64,000 nt of DNA, taken from positions 62,001 to 126,000 of the IMG/VR virus record IMGVR_UViG_3300036770_007547, one strand, 5' to 3'. The stretch's first letter is position 1; every line of letters starts with the position of its first letter. The notes under the pieces are model-generated. The model saw only the letters and a list, made by a program, of their open reading frames with translations. It was not told where the DNA came from and did no database searches. This document shows, in pieces, positions 27,933 to 36,616 of this stretch. Position numbers and translations under genes: made by a program.

Positions 27933-29708
27933 TTATGCCCAGTTTCCTATTGAGACATTGGCCCCAGTGGCACCAATAGGCCAAACTTCGATACTGGATC
28001 CGGCAGTGACTAAACTTCCGGCACCGGGCAAGCCGGTGAATCCGATCTGCGGGAACCAGGTGCCGCCTGTGGTGACATTTATCTTGCCCTGTACAGTGAG
28101 ACTGTAATAGCCAGCACCATTGAGTGATGCAGTGACAGTGACCGCAGTGCCAAAATTGGTGGTCAACACATTGCGCACCACGTTGGGCGCGGTGAGAGTA
28201 CCCAAGCCCGCAGCAGCAGTAGTCAGGGTCTCGTAGGTGTGTCTGGCCAGGGTAGCAGTACCACCTAGAGCATACTGCAAGGCGATGTTGTTGGCAGTCT
28301 TGTATACGGTAGATTGAATGCGGTAGGCATATCGGGTGTTTGAACTCAAGGTCACGCTGGCGCCCAGCAGGGTCTGCGGCGCGGTCTGATCCACGATGTT
28401 GTAGTCCGCGTTGATCACGTAGATCTGTTCGGTGACTATGAGACCGCGCTCGCTGTCTTGTGGTGTGGCATAGAACACGCGACCATCATAGTTCATGCCG
28501 CCTGCGATGGGAGAGGTGGTGACCACTCCTGTGGTAAACACCAGAGGTGCTATGTTGGCCGTGCCCGCTGGCAAGGTCACATAAGAGTTTACATTACCAG
28601 CTGAAATGTTGCCAGTGGTGGATATCAAGCCGGTGCTGGATATCAACCCACCATCGCTGAGTATGAGGTTCCCACCTGCGATGTTGCCCGTGGCAGTGAT
28701 GTTGCCAGCAGTATTGAATTGCGTGGCAGTGACACCGTTGGCCACTGTGATATTGGCCACATCTACTCTCGATGTAGCTGCTGATCCCACTGGGGTCACA
28801 GTAAACACAATTTCACTGCCTTGTGCTGTGGCAGTTTGATTTTCTAGAGCCGCCATTGAGATCTGTGCCATGGCCACATTGCCCACATTGCCGCCACCGG
28901 CATTGGTGGCCGCAGTGGCATTGATGCGTAACACATCTTGGCCGGCCAGCACCTGTGTGGGTGCGGTCACATTGCCGTTCCAGCGCCGTGCCACCCATGA
29001 TACATAGTCGCCGTTGCCGTCGTAGTAAAGGCGGCAGGGTGTGTCTAGCTGCCCGGTCACATGCAACATGGTACCCGGTGTGCCCGGAGCGATGGAATTG
29101 CCTGTGGTGGATCCCACGATTTCCACTGCACCCAGTAAGGGATCAGTGTTGGAGACCAAGATACTAATCTGTCCATCATTGGATGCCTGGAAATAACGAT
29201 TGGCCACATTGGGCGGCAAACCGTTGGTTCTATAAAATCCTATGTTGCCGATCAACTGTATTTCTGCCGAACCTTGTGTGGCCAAGATCATGTTCTCATC
29301 TAGATTCACTATGGTCAGCACATTGTTGTTGGCAAAGAAGTTACCAAAGCTCACTGGTAAGTTGGCCGAGTCGATGGTGAGCAGCCCGATGTTGCTGATT
29401 TCAACACCGGGACCGGGTATGATACCACCGATCTTGTTGGTGGATGCAGGTGATATATTGCCGGAAATGACGAGATTGCCTGTGACTGTGATATTGCCTG
29501 ATGTGGATGTTACGGCATTGAGTGTGACTGTGTTAGCCGTGATGTTGGCACCAGTGGCCAGGTCCACAGGAATACCTCCCACAGTGGCGCCGTCTGATGC
29601 ATAAAGGCTGTTGGTGTCGGGATTGTACCACAGGCGGCCCAGCTGGCCTACATAGGTGTTGCCATCAAGGTTGTTGTCACGGCTGGTAAAAAAATTCTGG
29701 ATGGCCAC
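27933..29708 (-). CDS. Virion fibre-like protein with an Mtd_N-like N-terminus
   Basis: MAIQNFFTSR...YVGQLGRLWYNPDTN..Y.SDG.T.GG; G/T/N-rich beta repeats. Confidence 0.65.
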   Translation of the reverse strand: MAIQNFFTSRDNNLDGNTYVGQLGRLWYNPDTNSLYASDGATVGGIPVDLATGANITANTVTLNAVTSTSGNITVTGNLVISGNISPASTNKIGGIIPGPGVEISNIGLLTIDSANLPVSFGNFFANNNVLTIVNLDENMILATQGSAEIQLIGNIGFYRTNGLPPNVANRYFQASNDGQISILVSNTDPLLGAVEIVGSTTGNSIAPGTPGTMLHVTGQLDTPCRLYYDGNGDYVSWVARRWNGNVTAPTQVLAGQDVLRINATAATNAGGGNVGNVAMAQISMAALENQTATAQGSEIVFTVTPVGSAATSRVDVANITVANGVTATQFNTAGNITATGNIAGGNLILSDGGLISSTGLISTTGNISAGNVNSYVTLPAGTANIAPLVFTTGVVTTSPIAGGMNYDGRVFYATPQDSERGLIVTEQIYVINADYNIVDQTAPQTLLGASVTLSSNTRYAYRIQSTVYKTANNIALQYALGGTATLARHTYETLTTAAAGLGTLTAPNVVRNVLTTNFGTAVTVTASLNGAGYYSLTVQGKINVTTGGTWFPQIGFTGLPGAGSLVTAGSSIEVWPIGATGANVSIGNWA

Positions 29709-29716
29709 CGTTTTTC

Positions 29717-30058
29717 CTAGTCGTCGAAAGGTTCGTCATCTACGGCCATCATCATAGGCACTATGCCGGCACGTCGCTGCATGATCGCGATCTCGTCTTC
29801 GCTGTCACCATCTGTGACTTCGTCAGCACGCTCGCCGTCGTACACATTGTCCACGCCCACAGCACGCTTGAGCAGTTCCAGCTTGAGCTGCAAGGGAGGT
29901 ACAAAATTGTCATCACCTTCGGCGGCATCGTTGTTCTTGGGAGCTTCTACCTGATCTCCGGCTGCTGTGCTGGAAAGTTCGGGCACAGGATTGTGATCAC
30001 GCACATCTTCTTGGTCCACTTCGTCGGCCAAGCGTCGCAATATGTCTGCTATCTTCAT
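29717..30058 (-). CDS. Small acidic hypothetical virion protein
   Basis: MKIADIL..., FVPPLQLKLELLKRAVG. Confidence 0.7.
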   Translation of the reverse strand: MKIADILRRLADEVDQEDVRDHNPVPELSSTAAGDQVEAPKNNDAAEGDDNFVPPLQLKLELLKRAVGVDNVYDGERADEVTDGDSEDEIAIMQRRAGIVPMMMAVDDEPFDD

Positions 30059-30420
30059 CTCGGATATCCTTGGAATGATTTTATCGGGCTCTCGGTGTTG
30101 ACGCCGGGCGGTTCGTGACTGTCTTCGCTGCCCACCAGTTCTTCGTATTCACTGTCCACTGTGGCAAACGCTGCCTTCATCATGTTGTGTTCTTCGCGTG
30201 TGTAGGGATGCGCTGAGTTGTAGCGATCCAACCACGAAGCCTGGGGCATGTCTACTGCCGCAGTGCTGCGTCCATCTGCACAGGCAGCAGCCATCATCAC
30301 ACGATTGAGATTGTAGGCTCGATCATTTAGACTGCGGAATCGTATGTTTCCGGTCATGGCTGCTTGAGCGGTGTGTCTCAGCCGACCGTTTCGTTCTGTG
30401 ATGAACTCGCGAGCTCTCAT
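30055..30420 (-). CDS. Probable internal head protein
   Basis: N-terminus MRAREFITE resembles the T4 capsid-targeting sequence; paralog of 30417..30758. Confidence 0.6.
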   Translation of the reverse strand: MRAREFITERNGRLRHTAQAAMTGNIRFRSLNDRAYNLNRVMMAAACADGRSTAAVDMPQASWLDRYNSAHPYTREEHNMMKAAFATVDSEYEELVGSEDSHEPPGVNTESPIKSFQGYPR

Positions 30421-30758
30421 CGTGGATATCCTGCGAAGGGTTTTACGATGCTCTGGATGTTGCCACCTGGTGGTTCCCGGCTGCCCACATCAGTGTGGAC
30501 TGTGGGCGTGACGCCAAACTGTTTGAAAGCAGCCAGCATCTTTTCCTGATCGGCCTTGGTGTAGGTTCCGATAAACATGTTGTCCCCGATCCAACTCACG
30601 TCGCTGTCTCCGACATCGAAACCAGGCGCAGATGCCATGAGCACACCCATCCTATACAATTCATAGTATTTGTCTACACCACCAAAGCCACCAGGTATAG
30701 GGTACTCTTGGTATGGGTGCATTTTTTTGCTTTCAACTATAAACTCACGAGCACGCAT
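30417..30758 (-). CDS. Probable internal head protein
   Basis: MRAREFIVES; shares S.EPPG.N..S..K.F.GYPR with its neighbour. Confidence 0.6.
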   Translation of the reverse strand: MRAREFIVESKKMHPYQEYPIPGGFGGVDKYYELYRMGVLMASAPGFDVGDSDVSWIGDNMFIGTYTKADQEKMLAAFKQFGVTPTVHTDVGSREPPGGNIQSIVKPFAGYPR

Positions 30759-30759
30759 G

Positions 30760-31041
30760 TTAGCCCGCCTTGACTGCGTTTTTGCCCGAGCTCGTGGTTC
30801 CTAGTTCTTCGGCTGTGAAATTGGCGCCGGTGATGGTGAGCTGATTGCCTACGCCCACCCAAACATCGCTGCTCCAATTGGCCGGGATCGACGCAGCATT
30901 GCTGTAGATGTTGCCGGTGGTGGGAGTTCCATAAATCATGTTGACATTGTAGGTCACAGCGGTGTTTCCCGTGGTGATCCTGCATTTGTCAGTGTACCAA
31001 CTCTGGGCGCTCACTGATGTATAGACGTTTGCCTGTGCCAT
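30760..31041 (-). CDS. Small hypothetical virion protein
   Basis: 93-aa T/N/G-rich ORF with AAGGA SD. Confidence 0.7.
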   Translation of the reverse strand: MAQANVYTSVSAQSWYTDKCRITTGNTAVTYNVNMIYGTPTTGNIYSNAASIPANWSSDVWVGVGNQLTITGANFTAEELGTTSSGKNAVKAG

Positions 31042-31058
31042 TTATTATAGTTCCTTTC

Positions 31059-32033
31059 TTACCACTTGCGGCAGCTCCAGTAACGTGCCTTGGTGCGCGG
31101 ACCGGGATTGTCACAATTATGCCGTGCCCGGAAGCTGCGCCGACGTGCTGGATTTGATTTTTTGATGCGCATGGTCTTGTCACCAAAATTGACTTTTTTC
31201 ACATTGCCAGTCTTGGGATCCTTGACATAGACCTTGAACTTTTTGACATCGCCTTGCATGGGTTTGCCCAACTGTACCTTGCGGCCTTGATATTCGGCTT
31301 CGGACATTTCTTCAAAATCAGGATCGCCGCCGTATTCTTCGACTAGCTTGTCCCATAGTATTTCGATCATCCGATCATAGTCGTTGATGACATCGTTCAT
31401 GCCTTTAGATGCTAGTTCGTCTTTGAGTTCTTCCATCATGTGTTGCAAGACATCTGCCGTACCAGGTCCCAGGTCACCTTCGAGAGCAGCGATTAGATCT
31501 TCCTCGTCTCCGCGATTGGCCAGGCTACGCAGATCGATGTCTATGTCACTCATTCGACCTTCGTCCACGGTGGTGGCTTGATTGGGATTGTCCATGGCAT
31601 TCACTGCTGCATCATCTGCGGCCTTGGCGGCAAGAGGGTCATTGTCGTTGGCGTTCTCGGACATGCGGCTTTCTAGGCCAGCACGACTGCGTATGAGATC
31701 TAACACAGCATCAAACGCCGATCCCGCATCGTGTTGTGGGGCAGGTTCGCTGCCGCATTCATCGATCGATTCTTCTTCTAGAGTGTAGCCTTGACCGCGA
31801 CTGGATCCCACCGCGCCATAGCGCCGTACAGTTTCGAGAGTTATACCATACTGCTCCATGAGTTGGATCATACGATCATCGGCCTGTAGCACCACGCCAT
31901 CGGCAGTGGTTTCAACGATGTGGCTTTCGATCAGGCATTCCTCGCGGATGTTGATGGCAAAGCTGTCGCCCACTGCTGGTGTGTCGATCCAAGTCTCGCA
32001 TTCAGAAATATACTCTTTGAGAGTACGCATCAT
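31059..32033 (-). CDS. Probable internal head protein with a basic C-terminal domain
   Basis: MRTLKEYISE start; acidic middle; AEYQGRKV...KVNFGD...SFRARHNC...ARYWSC. Confidence 0.65.
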   Translation of the reverse strand: MMRTLKEYISECETWIDTPAVGDSFAINIREECLIESHIVETTADGVVLQADDRMIQLMEQYGITLETVRRYGAVGSSRGQGYTLEEESIDECGSEPAPQHDAGSAFDAVLDLIRSRAGLESRMSENANDNDPLAAKAADDAAVNAMDNPNQATTVDEGRMSDIDIDLRSLANRGDEEDLIAALEGDLGPGTADVLQHMMEELKDELASKGMNDVINDYDRMIEILWDKLVEEYGGDPDFEEMSEAEYQGRKVQLGKPMQGDVKKFKVYVKDPKTGNVKKVNFGDKTMRIKKSNPARRRSFRARHNCDNPGPRTKARYWSCRKW

Positions 32034-34663
32034 GAAATCCTCTTGTAGAGATCAAGCATGCGCTGATACTGATCTTGTTCCACCTGCTCGGCAATGGCGC
32101 CTAGATTGACCTGACCCGACGGAGCTCGGCCAAGATCACGCATGGCCATGGGGTTGTCACCCATGTTGTTGGGGTTCACTTGCAGCTTGGGACCATTGAC
32201 GCCGCCAGCCAACCCGTAGTCTCGGGTGGCACCCAGTTCAGCATAAGCGGGATCGGGCTTGTTGGCCATCTCTTCTTCCACCATTTCGCCTTGGCTGCAA
32301 CCGGCTTCGTGCATGCCAGCACCACCGCACTCACTGCAGGTGTCTTCGGCATCGATGCGCTGATAACCCGAGCTACCAAACAAACCTGCCAGTTTCAAAA
32401 GCTCGCCCAGCTTGGCAGCATCCTCGCCAGTGGCTGTGACAGTGACCGAGGGATCGCCTTGTGTGCTGGCGTTCATGGTAGCATTGACTTCTTCGCCCAA
32501 GATCTCCGACATCTTGTTCTGGAAACTTTCTTCCAATCGACCCTCGTACACGCCTTTGCCAAACTGCATGCCGCCTTTCTTGCTCTTGGGAGCTTCGTCA
32601 CTGGTGGCCACTGAACCTGCTGTGGTTGTTTCTTCCACGCTTTCGTCCTTCTTGGCCGGTAGATCTTTTTCTTTGGTCTTGGCAAACTTCTTGAGTTCTT
32701 TGGTGGGCATGTCGCTCATCTCTTTTGATGCGCCACGCAGTTCGCTCTTGGGGATGTCACCCTTCTTGGCAGCGTAGGCTATGCCAGCTGCCTTGCGCTG
32801 TGCTTTGCTTACAGCTTTTTCGCTGACAGCTTCTTCATCGAAGAGATCAGGCTGTGTGATCTTTACTTTGTTGGGAGCAAACTTTTGGATGAACTCTGCT
32901 CTCTGCCATTCGCCCTGCTCAAACTTGCTTAATACAGCATCTTTGAGTTCGCGGAAGCTCATGTCTCCCGAGTCCCATTTGTTTTGTATCCTTATGAGAG
33001 CATCACCCAAGTATGGATTGTCGTCGAATACACCGTCGGCATGATATGATAACCAATCAGAAATCTTGCGACCGGTTTTGTCATCAACATCACGGAACGC
33101 ACCTTCCATCTGTATTTCACTGTCGTCCTCGGGGCGATTGGCTTTGAGGTAGTCACGTGCCGAATCGATGTACTCTTGTGCTAGAGTGATCTTCTTCTGC
33201 ACCCACTCTGGCAGGTTCTCGTTGGCATCCAGGATGCTTTGCAGTTCTTCGGCAGCATCTTCGATGCTGCGGGCCTGGCTCTGGGCCATCTCACCTTCTT
33301 CGTCGTACTCGTCTTTGTCGTAGTCTTCGCCCATGGTCTTCTTGGCAGGCAGCTTGGTCTGCTTGGCTTTTTCTAGAGCACGCCGCTCAAGATCGTCGAG
33401 CTTTTTGTGATCTCGGGCCAACTGCTTGCGATCAGCAGCACGCTGTCCTGTGTTTTCAGGATCGCCAATGGCTTCTTCAACTTCTTCTTCACGTATAGCA
33501 GCACCACGGGCTAGTTTGCTGAGTCCAGTGGATTTGGCACCGAGGCGCTTGCCACCACCTGAACCTTTGGGACGTCCACGACCGCGTTTTTCGCCCGGCA
33601 CTACATGCGCAGCCTTCTTCTTGCCGGGTTTGAGGTTGCCCCACTCGTCGTAGTCATCGTCCTCGCCGCCTTCGTCGTCGCGATCGCTGCGATATCCGTA
33701 TTTCTTGTGTATGTTGCGCTCGCTTTCAGGATCCTTGATACCAGGCTTGGCACCTTTCTGCATGGCTTTGACAAGATTGATGTCCAGGGCTTCGTTGACA
33801 AATGCGCTGGCCATCGACACAGCATTGGATTTGTTCTCAGTGAAGTGGCGAGACATCATGCCATCGGCATGCAAACGCACTTGATACTCGTTGTATTCAC
33901 GATCAACAAACACTTCAGCTCGCCGGTCGTTGCCTTCCAGCACTTTTACCAGGGCCATGCTTTCTTTCATCTTCTTCTTTTTGTCTTGGGCAGCTTTCTT
34001 CATGCTTTCTTTCTTGTTGCCGTCCTTGTCAAGGTCGATGTAATCGGGCTTGGCTGCTTCTTTCACCTGATACTTTTTGCCATCCACTTCAAATTCTTGT
34101 TTGCCTGCGGCCTTGGCCTTGGCCAGCTCGCCGGAAAACTCGTTGCCTTCTTCCATGTCGGCTTCATTGACATCTTCTTTTCTCAGCTTGGCTAACACAG
34201 CACCAGCCACTTTCTCGCCGCGCTCTTTTGATCCATATCGCTCACCCGCTGACTTGGCTATCTTGGCAAACTGCTTGCCGGGCTTGCCGATGTCTTTGCC
34301 GGCGCGGGCTTTCTTGGCCGAATAATCACCGGTGCTGCCCTCTTTGACTTGGTCATGATCGGCATTGACCCATGCCAATACCTCATCATAATCGTAGCCC
34401 AATTTTTGTGCAGCCATTTCTTCGGCATCTTCTGGTTCAAGATTGCGATTCAATATCATCAGGTGCCGTTTTTTGCGTGCGATTTTGTCGTAGTCTGCTT
34501 GTGTAAATCCCTCGTCGCCTTCTTTCACCTGTTTGGCCTGTTTCGCGGCCTGTTTCATGGGCTCTGATTTGTCACCATCCTTGTCAAGGTCAATGAAGTC
34601 GGGTTTGCTGCCGCGGCCTTCCAGCAGATTCATTTTTGCGAGTATGTCGTACATGTTATCCAT
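32030..34663 (-). CDS. Large multi-module probable internal head polyprotein
   Basis: Two KPD.IDLDKDG repeats, AT-hook KRGRGRPKG, LPEWVQKKI module, KAVSKAQRKAAG module, many hydrophobic-X-E sites. Confidence 0.65.
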   Translation of the reverse strand: MDNMYDILAKMNLLEGRGSKPDFIDLDKDGDKSEPMKQAAKQAKQVKEGDEGFTQADYDKIARKKRHLMILNRNLEPEDAEEMAAQKLGYDYDEVLAWVNADHDQVKEGSTGDYSAKKARAGKDIGKPGKQFAKIAKSAGERYGSKERGEKVAGAVLAKLRKEDVNEADMEEGNEFSGELAKAKAAGKQEFEVDGKKYQVKEAAKPDYIDLDKDGNKKESMKKAAQDKKKKMKESMALVKVLEGNDRRAEVFVDREYNEYQVRLHADGMMSRHFTENKSNAVSMASAFVNEALDINLVKAMQKGAKPGIKDPESERNIHKKYGYRSDRDDEGGEDDDYDEWGNLKPGKKKAAHVVPGEKRGRGRPKGSGGGKRLGAKSTGLSKLARGAAIREEEVEEAIGDPENTGQRAADRKQLARDHKKLDDLERRALEKAKQTKLPAKKTMGEDYDKDEYDEEGEMAQSQARSIEDAAEELQSILDANENLPEWVQKKITLAQEYIDSARDYLKANRPEDDSEIQMEGAFRDVDDKTGRKISDWLSYHADGVFDDNPYLGDALIRIQNKWDSGDMSFRELKDAVLSKFEQGEWQRAEFIQKFAPNKVKITQPDLFDEEAVSEKAVSKAQRKAAGIAYAAKKGDIPKSELRGASKEMSDMPTKELKKFAKTKEKDLPAKKDESVEETTTAGSVATSDEAPKSKKGGMQFGKGVYEGRLEESFQNKMSEILGEEVNATMNASTQGDPSVTVTATGEDAAKLGELLKLAGLFGSSGYQRIDAEDTCSECGGAGMHEAGCSQGEMVEEEMANKPDPAYAELGATRDYGLAGGVNGPKLQVNPNNMGDNPMAMRDLGRAPSGQVNLGAIAEQVEQDQYQRMLDLYKRIS

Positions 34664-34674
34664 TTTGTGTATCC

Positions 34675-35274
34675 TTATTTCTGAAAGCCAGTGGCTGGAC
34701 GCGGGGGGCGTTTGATAGTGGTCATGGGACTGTTCACACCCATGGGAATATCATTTGTGGTTTCTGCAGGCTTGGTTTTGCCACCAGCAACGACAAACGT
34801 GGCATCAGCTGCTGAATTCTTGATCACTTTTTTGTCTTTGCCCACGGCTGCATAATCGCTGCTGGCTTCTTTTTGTTCTTTGGTGTCAGCAGGATATTCG
34901 GTGGTCAATAGATCTTTCTGACTTTCAATGCCCAACAGTTCACGATCCATGCCATTGGCCCAGTCGCGCTGTTGTATTACCAATCGATCGGGATCCAACC
35001 CCAACAGCTTGGCGATCTCTTGTATCTGTGGCGGTGTGGCTGGATAGCGCAGAGTAACGTCCACGATATTCACTGCTTGGTTGTTGAAGGCAGGAAAATC
35101 TTGTGGCTTGGACATGACCGGTGTTTTCTTGAATTCGCCTACAGTCACTGGATCAAACTTTTTGAGTTGATCTCGGAACTGTGAGGTGAATCCAGCCGGC
35201 ACATCACCCACGATTTTGATGCGATAATCGTGTGTTTTTTGGCTCTCGGTTAGGTATTGTGCGAATGTCTTCAT
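34675..35274 (-). CDS. Probable head-associated protein
   Basis: MKTFAQYLTES, close to T4 MKTYQEFIAE; late promoter at 35293-35298. Confidence 0.65.
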   Translation of the reverse strand: MKTFAQYLTESQKTHDYRIKIVGDVPAGFTSQFRDQLKKFDPVTVGEFKKTPVMSKPQDFPAFNNQAVNIVDVTLRYPATPPQIQEIAKLLGLDPDRLVIQQRDWANGMDRELLGIESQKDLLTTEYPADTKEQKEASSDYAAVGKDKKVIKNSAADATFVVAGGKTKPAETTNDIPMGVNSPMTTIKRPPRPATGFQK

Positions 35275-35291
35275 GATTTATGATCCTATCT

Positions 35292-35813
35292 TTATTTATC
35301 AGAACCGTTGTTTTCGCGATCACCCAATATAGATCTCAACAGTTCGTTGCGATTGAGCACACGCCCTTCGGCGCTTGGCAATGATGCCTTGTCTGATGGT
35401 TCTACCTGATCCAGTCTTGCTTTTTTGAGCTGTAGATCAATCATCTTGAGTTTCTTGTTCATCTTGGCTGTCTTGGCTGTGATGGCATGTCCCAACATGG
35501 TACCGGCCACGGCAAAGATTTCTGATGCGTATCTCGAATCCACCTGCATGCCCAATGTCATGAGCTCGTCAAAACTCTCCTGAGCCTTTTTAGCGAGGTC
35601 GTCCATCTCGTTGTCTGACGATTCCAGACCACGCACCGTGGGCAAGGCTTCTTCGATTTTGTCAAGTGCTTTGAGTGTTTCGGGAAGTATGGGCAGATTG
35701 TTGGCGAGGTCGTCGGCCGGCTCGGCCTGGTCTGAATCTTCGGGTTCGGGATTGTCTGATGATCTTGGAAGATCAAACAGTTCTTCGAGGTTGTGATTAT
35801 TTGCAAGGGCCAT
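35292..35813 (-). CDS. Helical protein, putative terminase small subunit (gp16-like)
   Basis: LEELFDL..., ELMTLGMQVDSRYASEIFAVA..ML, coiled-coil, C-terminal NRNELL. Start set 4 nt after TAAATA. Function is inference. Confidence 0.45.
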   Translation of the reverse strand: MALANNHNLEELFDLPRSSDNPEPEDSDQAEPADDLANNLPILPETLKALDKIEEALPTVRGLESSDNEMDDLAKKAQESFDELMTLGMQVDSRYASEIFAVAGTMLGHAITAKTAKMNKKLKMIDLQLKKARLDQVEPSDKASLPSAEGRVLNRNELLRSILGDRENNGSDK

Positions 35814-35820
35814 GCGGTAT

Positions 35821-36258
35821 TTACCGCTTTTTGGCACCGTTGCGGAACAATGAATCTTCGTTGAGCACTCGGAACACTATGCCAGCACGCCGGCACCAGG
35901 CCTGGGCTGCCTGCCATTTGGCGTGATTTATGGCCACCACCATGCGGTCTCGTTCGCTCATCTTGCCTTCGATGAGACTCTGCTTTCTCGGTTTGATCTC
36001 AATGATCTCGGTGCATATCTTGTTGTTGCGAGTGCGATATCGCATGAACACATCGGGCACATAACTTGACATCTTACCGGTCAAGGGGTTGCGGTACTTG
36101 ATGGCTATGGCTTCGCTGGCCCATTCCAGCACAGCATCGTTGTTGTCGCAGAACTGGAAGAAACTCCACTCCCATCCTGATCGATAACGAGGATTTCCTT
36201 TACCTACATATTTCTGTGGATTCTTTGGCACGAATGTGCCCTGGGCAAAGTTGCTCAT
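35821..36258 (-). CDS. gp4: Head completion nuclease (T4 gp4 / TnsA-N-like)
   Basis: PKNPQKYVG..., YRSGWE..F..FCD.N..VLEWASE, YVPD, EIKP, N.AKWQAA. Confidence 0.9.
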   Translation of the reverse strand: MSNFAQGTFVPKNPQKYVGKGNPRYRSGWEWSFFQFCDNNDAVLEWASEAIAIKYRNPLTGKMSSYVPDVFMRYRTRNNKICTEIIEIKPRKQSLIEGKMSERDRMVVAINHAKWQAAQAWCRRAGIVFRVLNEDSLFRNGAKKR

Positions 36259-36614
36259 ACACGGATGTTACGACTCACGAATGGGTTGCCGTATGTGACT
36301 CCGCCCACGCCCAAGAGGGTGGTCTTGCTGCGCAAAGAGTTCATGTAATAGGCCAGGGTAGCTGACAGTTGTATTCCGGGCTGCGATTCAAGTTGTGCCA
36401 GGATGTCCAATGCGCTGGTTCCAGTGGCAGTGCTGATACGGAACACTGATGTGGTGAAATTCTTGGCTGCTGTTTTGTCTTTGAGACGAGACATAAAAAA
36501 CGACAACACCGCATCGTACTCAGTGGCCGGCACGCTGGCGTCATACTGATAAAATTGATCGTATACCCTGACCGTGGGATCCAACCCCGGATTGGCATTG
36601 TTGACTGAGCCCAT
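36255..36614 (-). CDS. Hypothetical virion-associated protein
   Basis: 119-aa ORF coupled to gp4 by an ATGA overlap. Confidence 0.7.
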   Translation of the reverse strand: MGSVNNANPGLDPTVRVYDQFYQYDASVPATEYDAVLSFFMSRLKDKTAAKNFTTSVFRISTATGTSALDILAQLESQPGIQLSATLAYYMNSLRSKTTLLGVGGVTYGNPFVSRNIRV

Positions 36615-36616
36615 GA

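Noticed and set aside
35821-36258. Tn7-like transposase TnsA
   Set aside because: Same nuclease fold, but size and context identify it as the gp4 head completion protein; no other transposon genes or ends are present.
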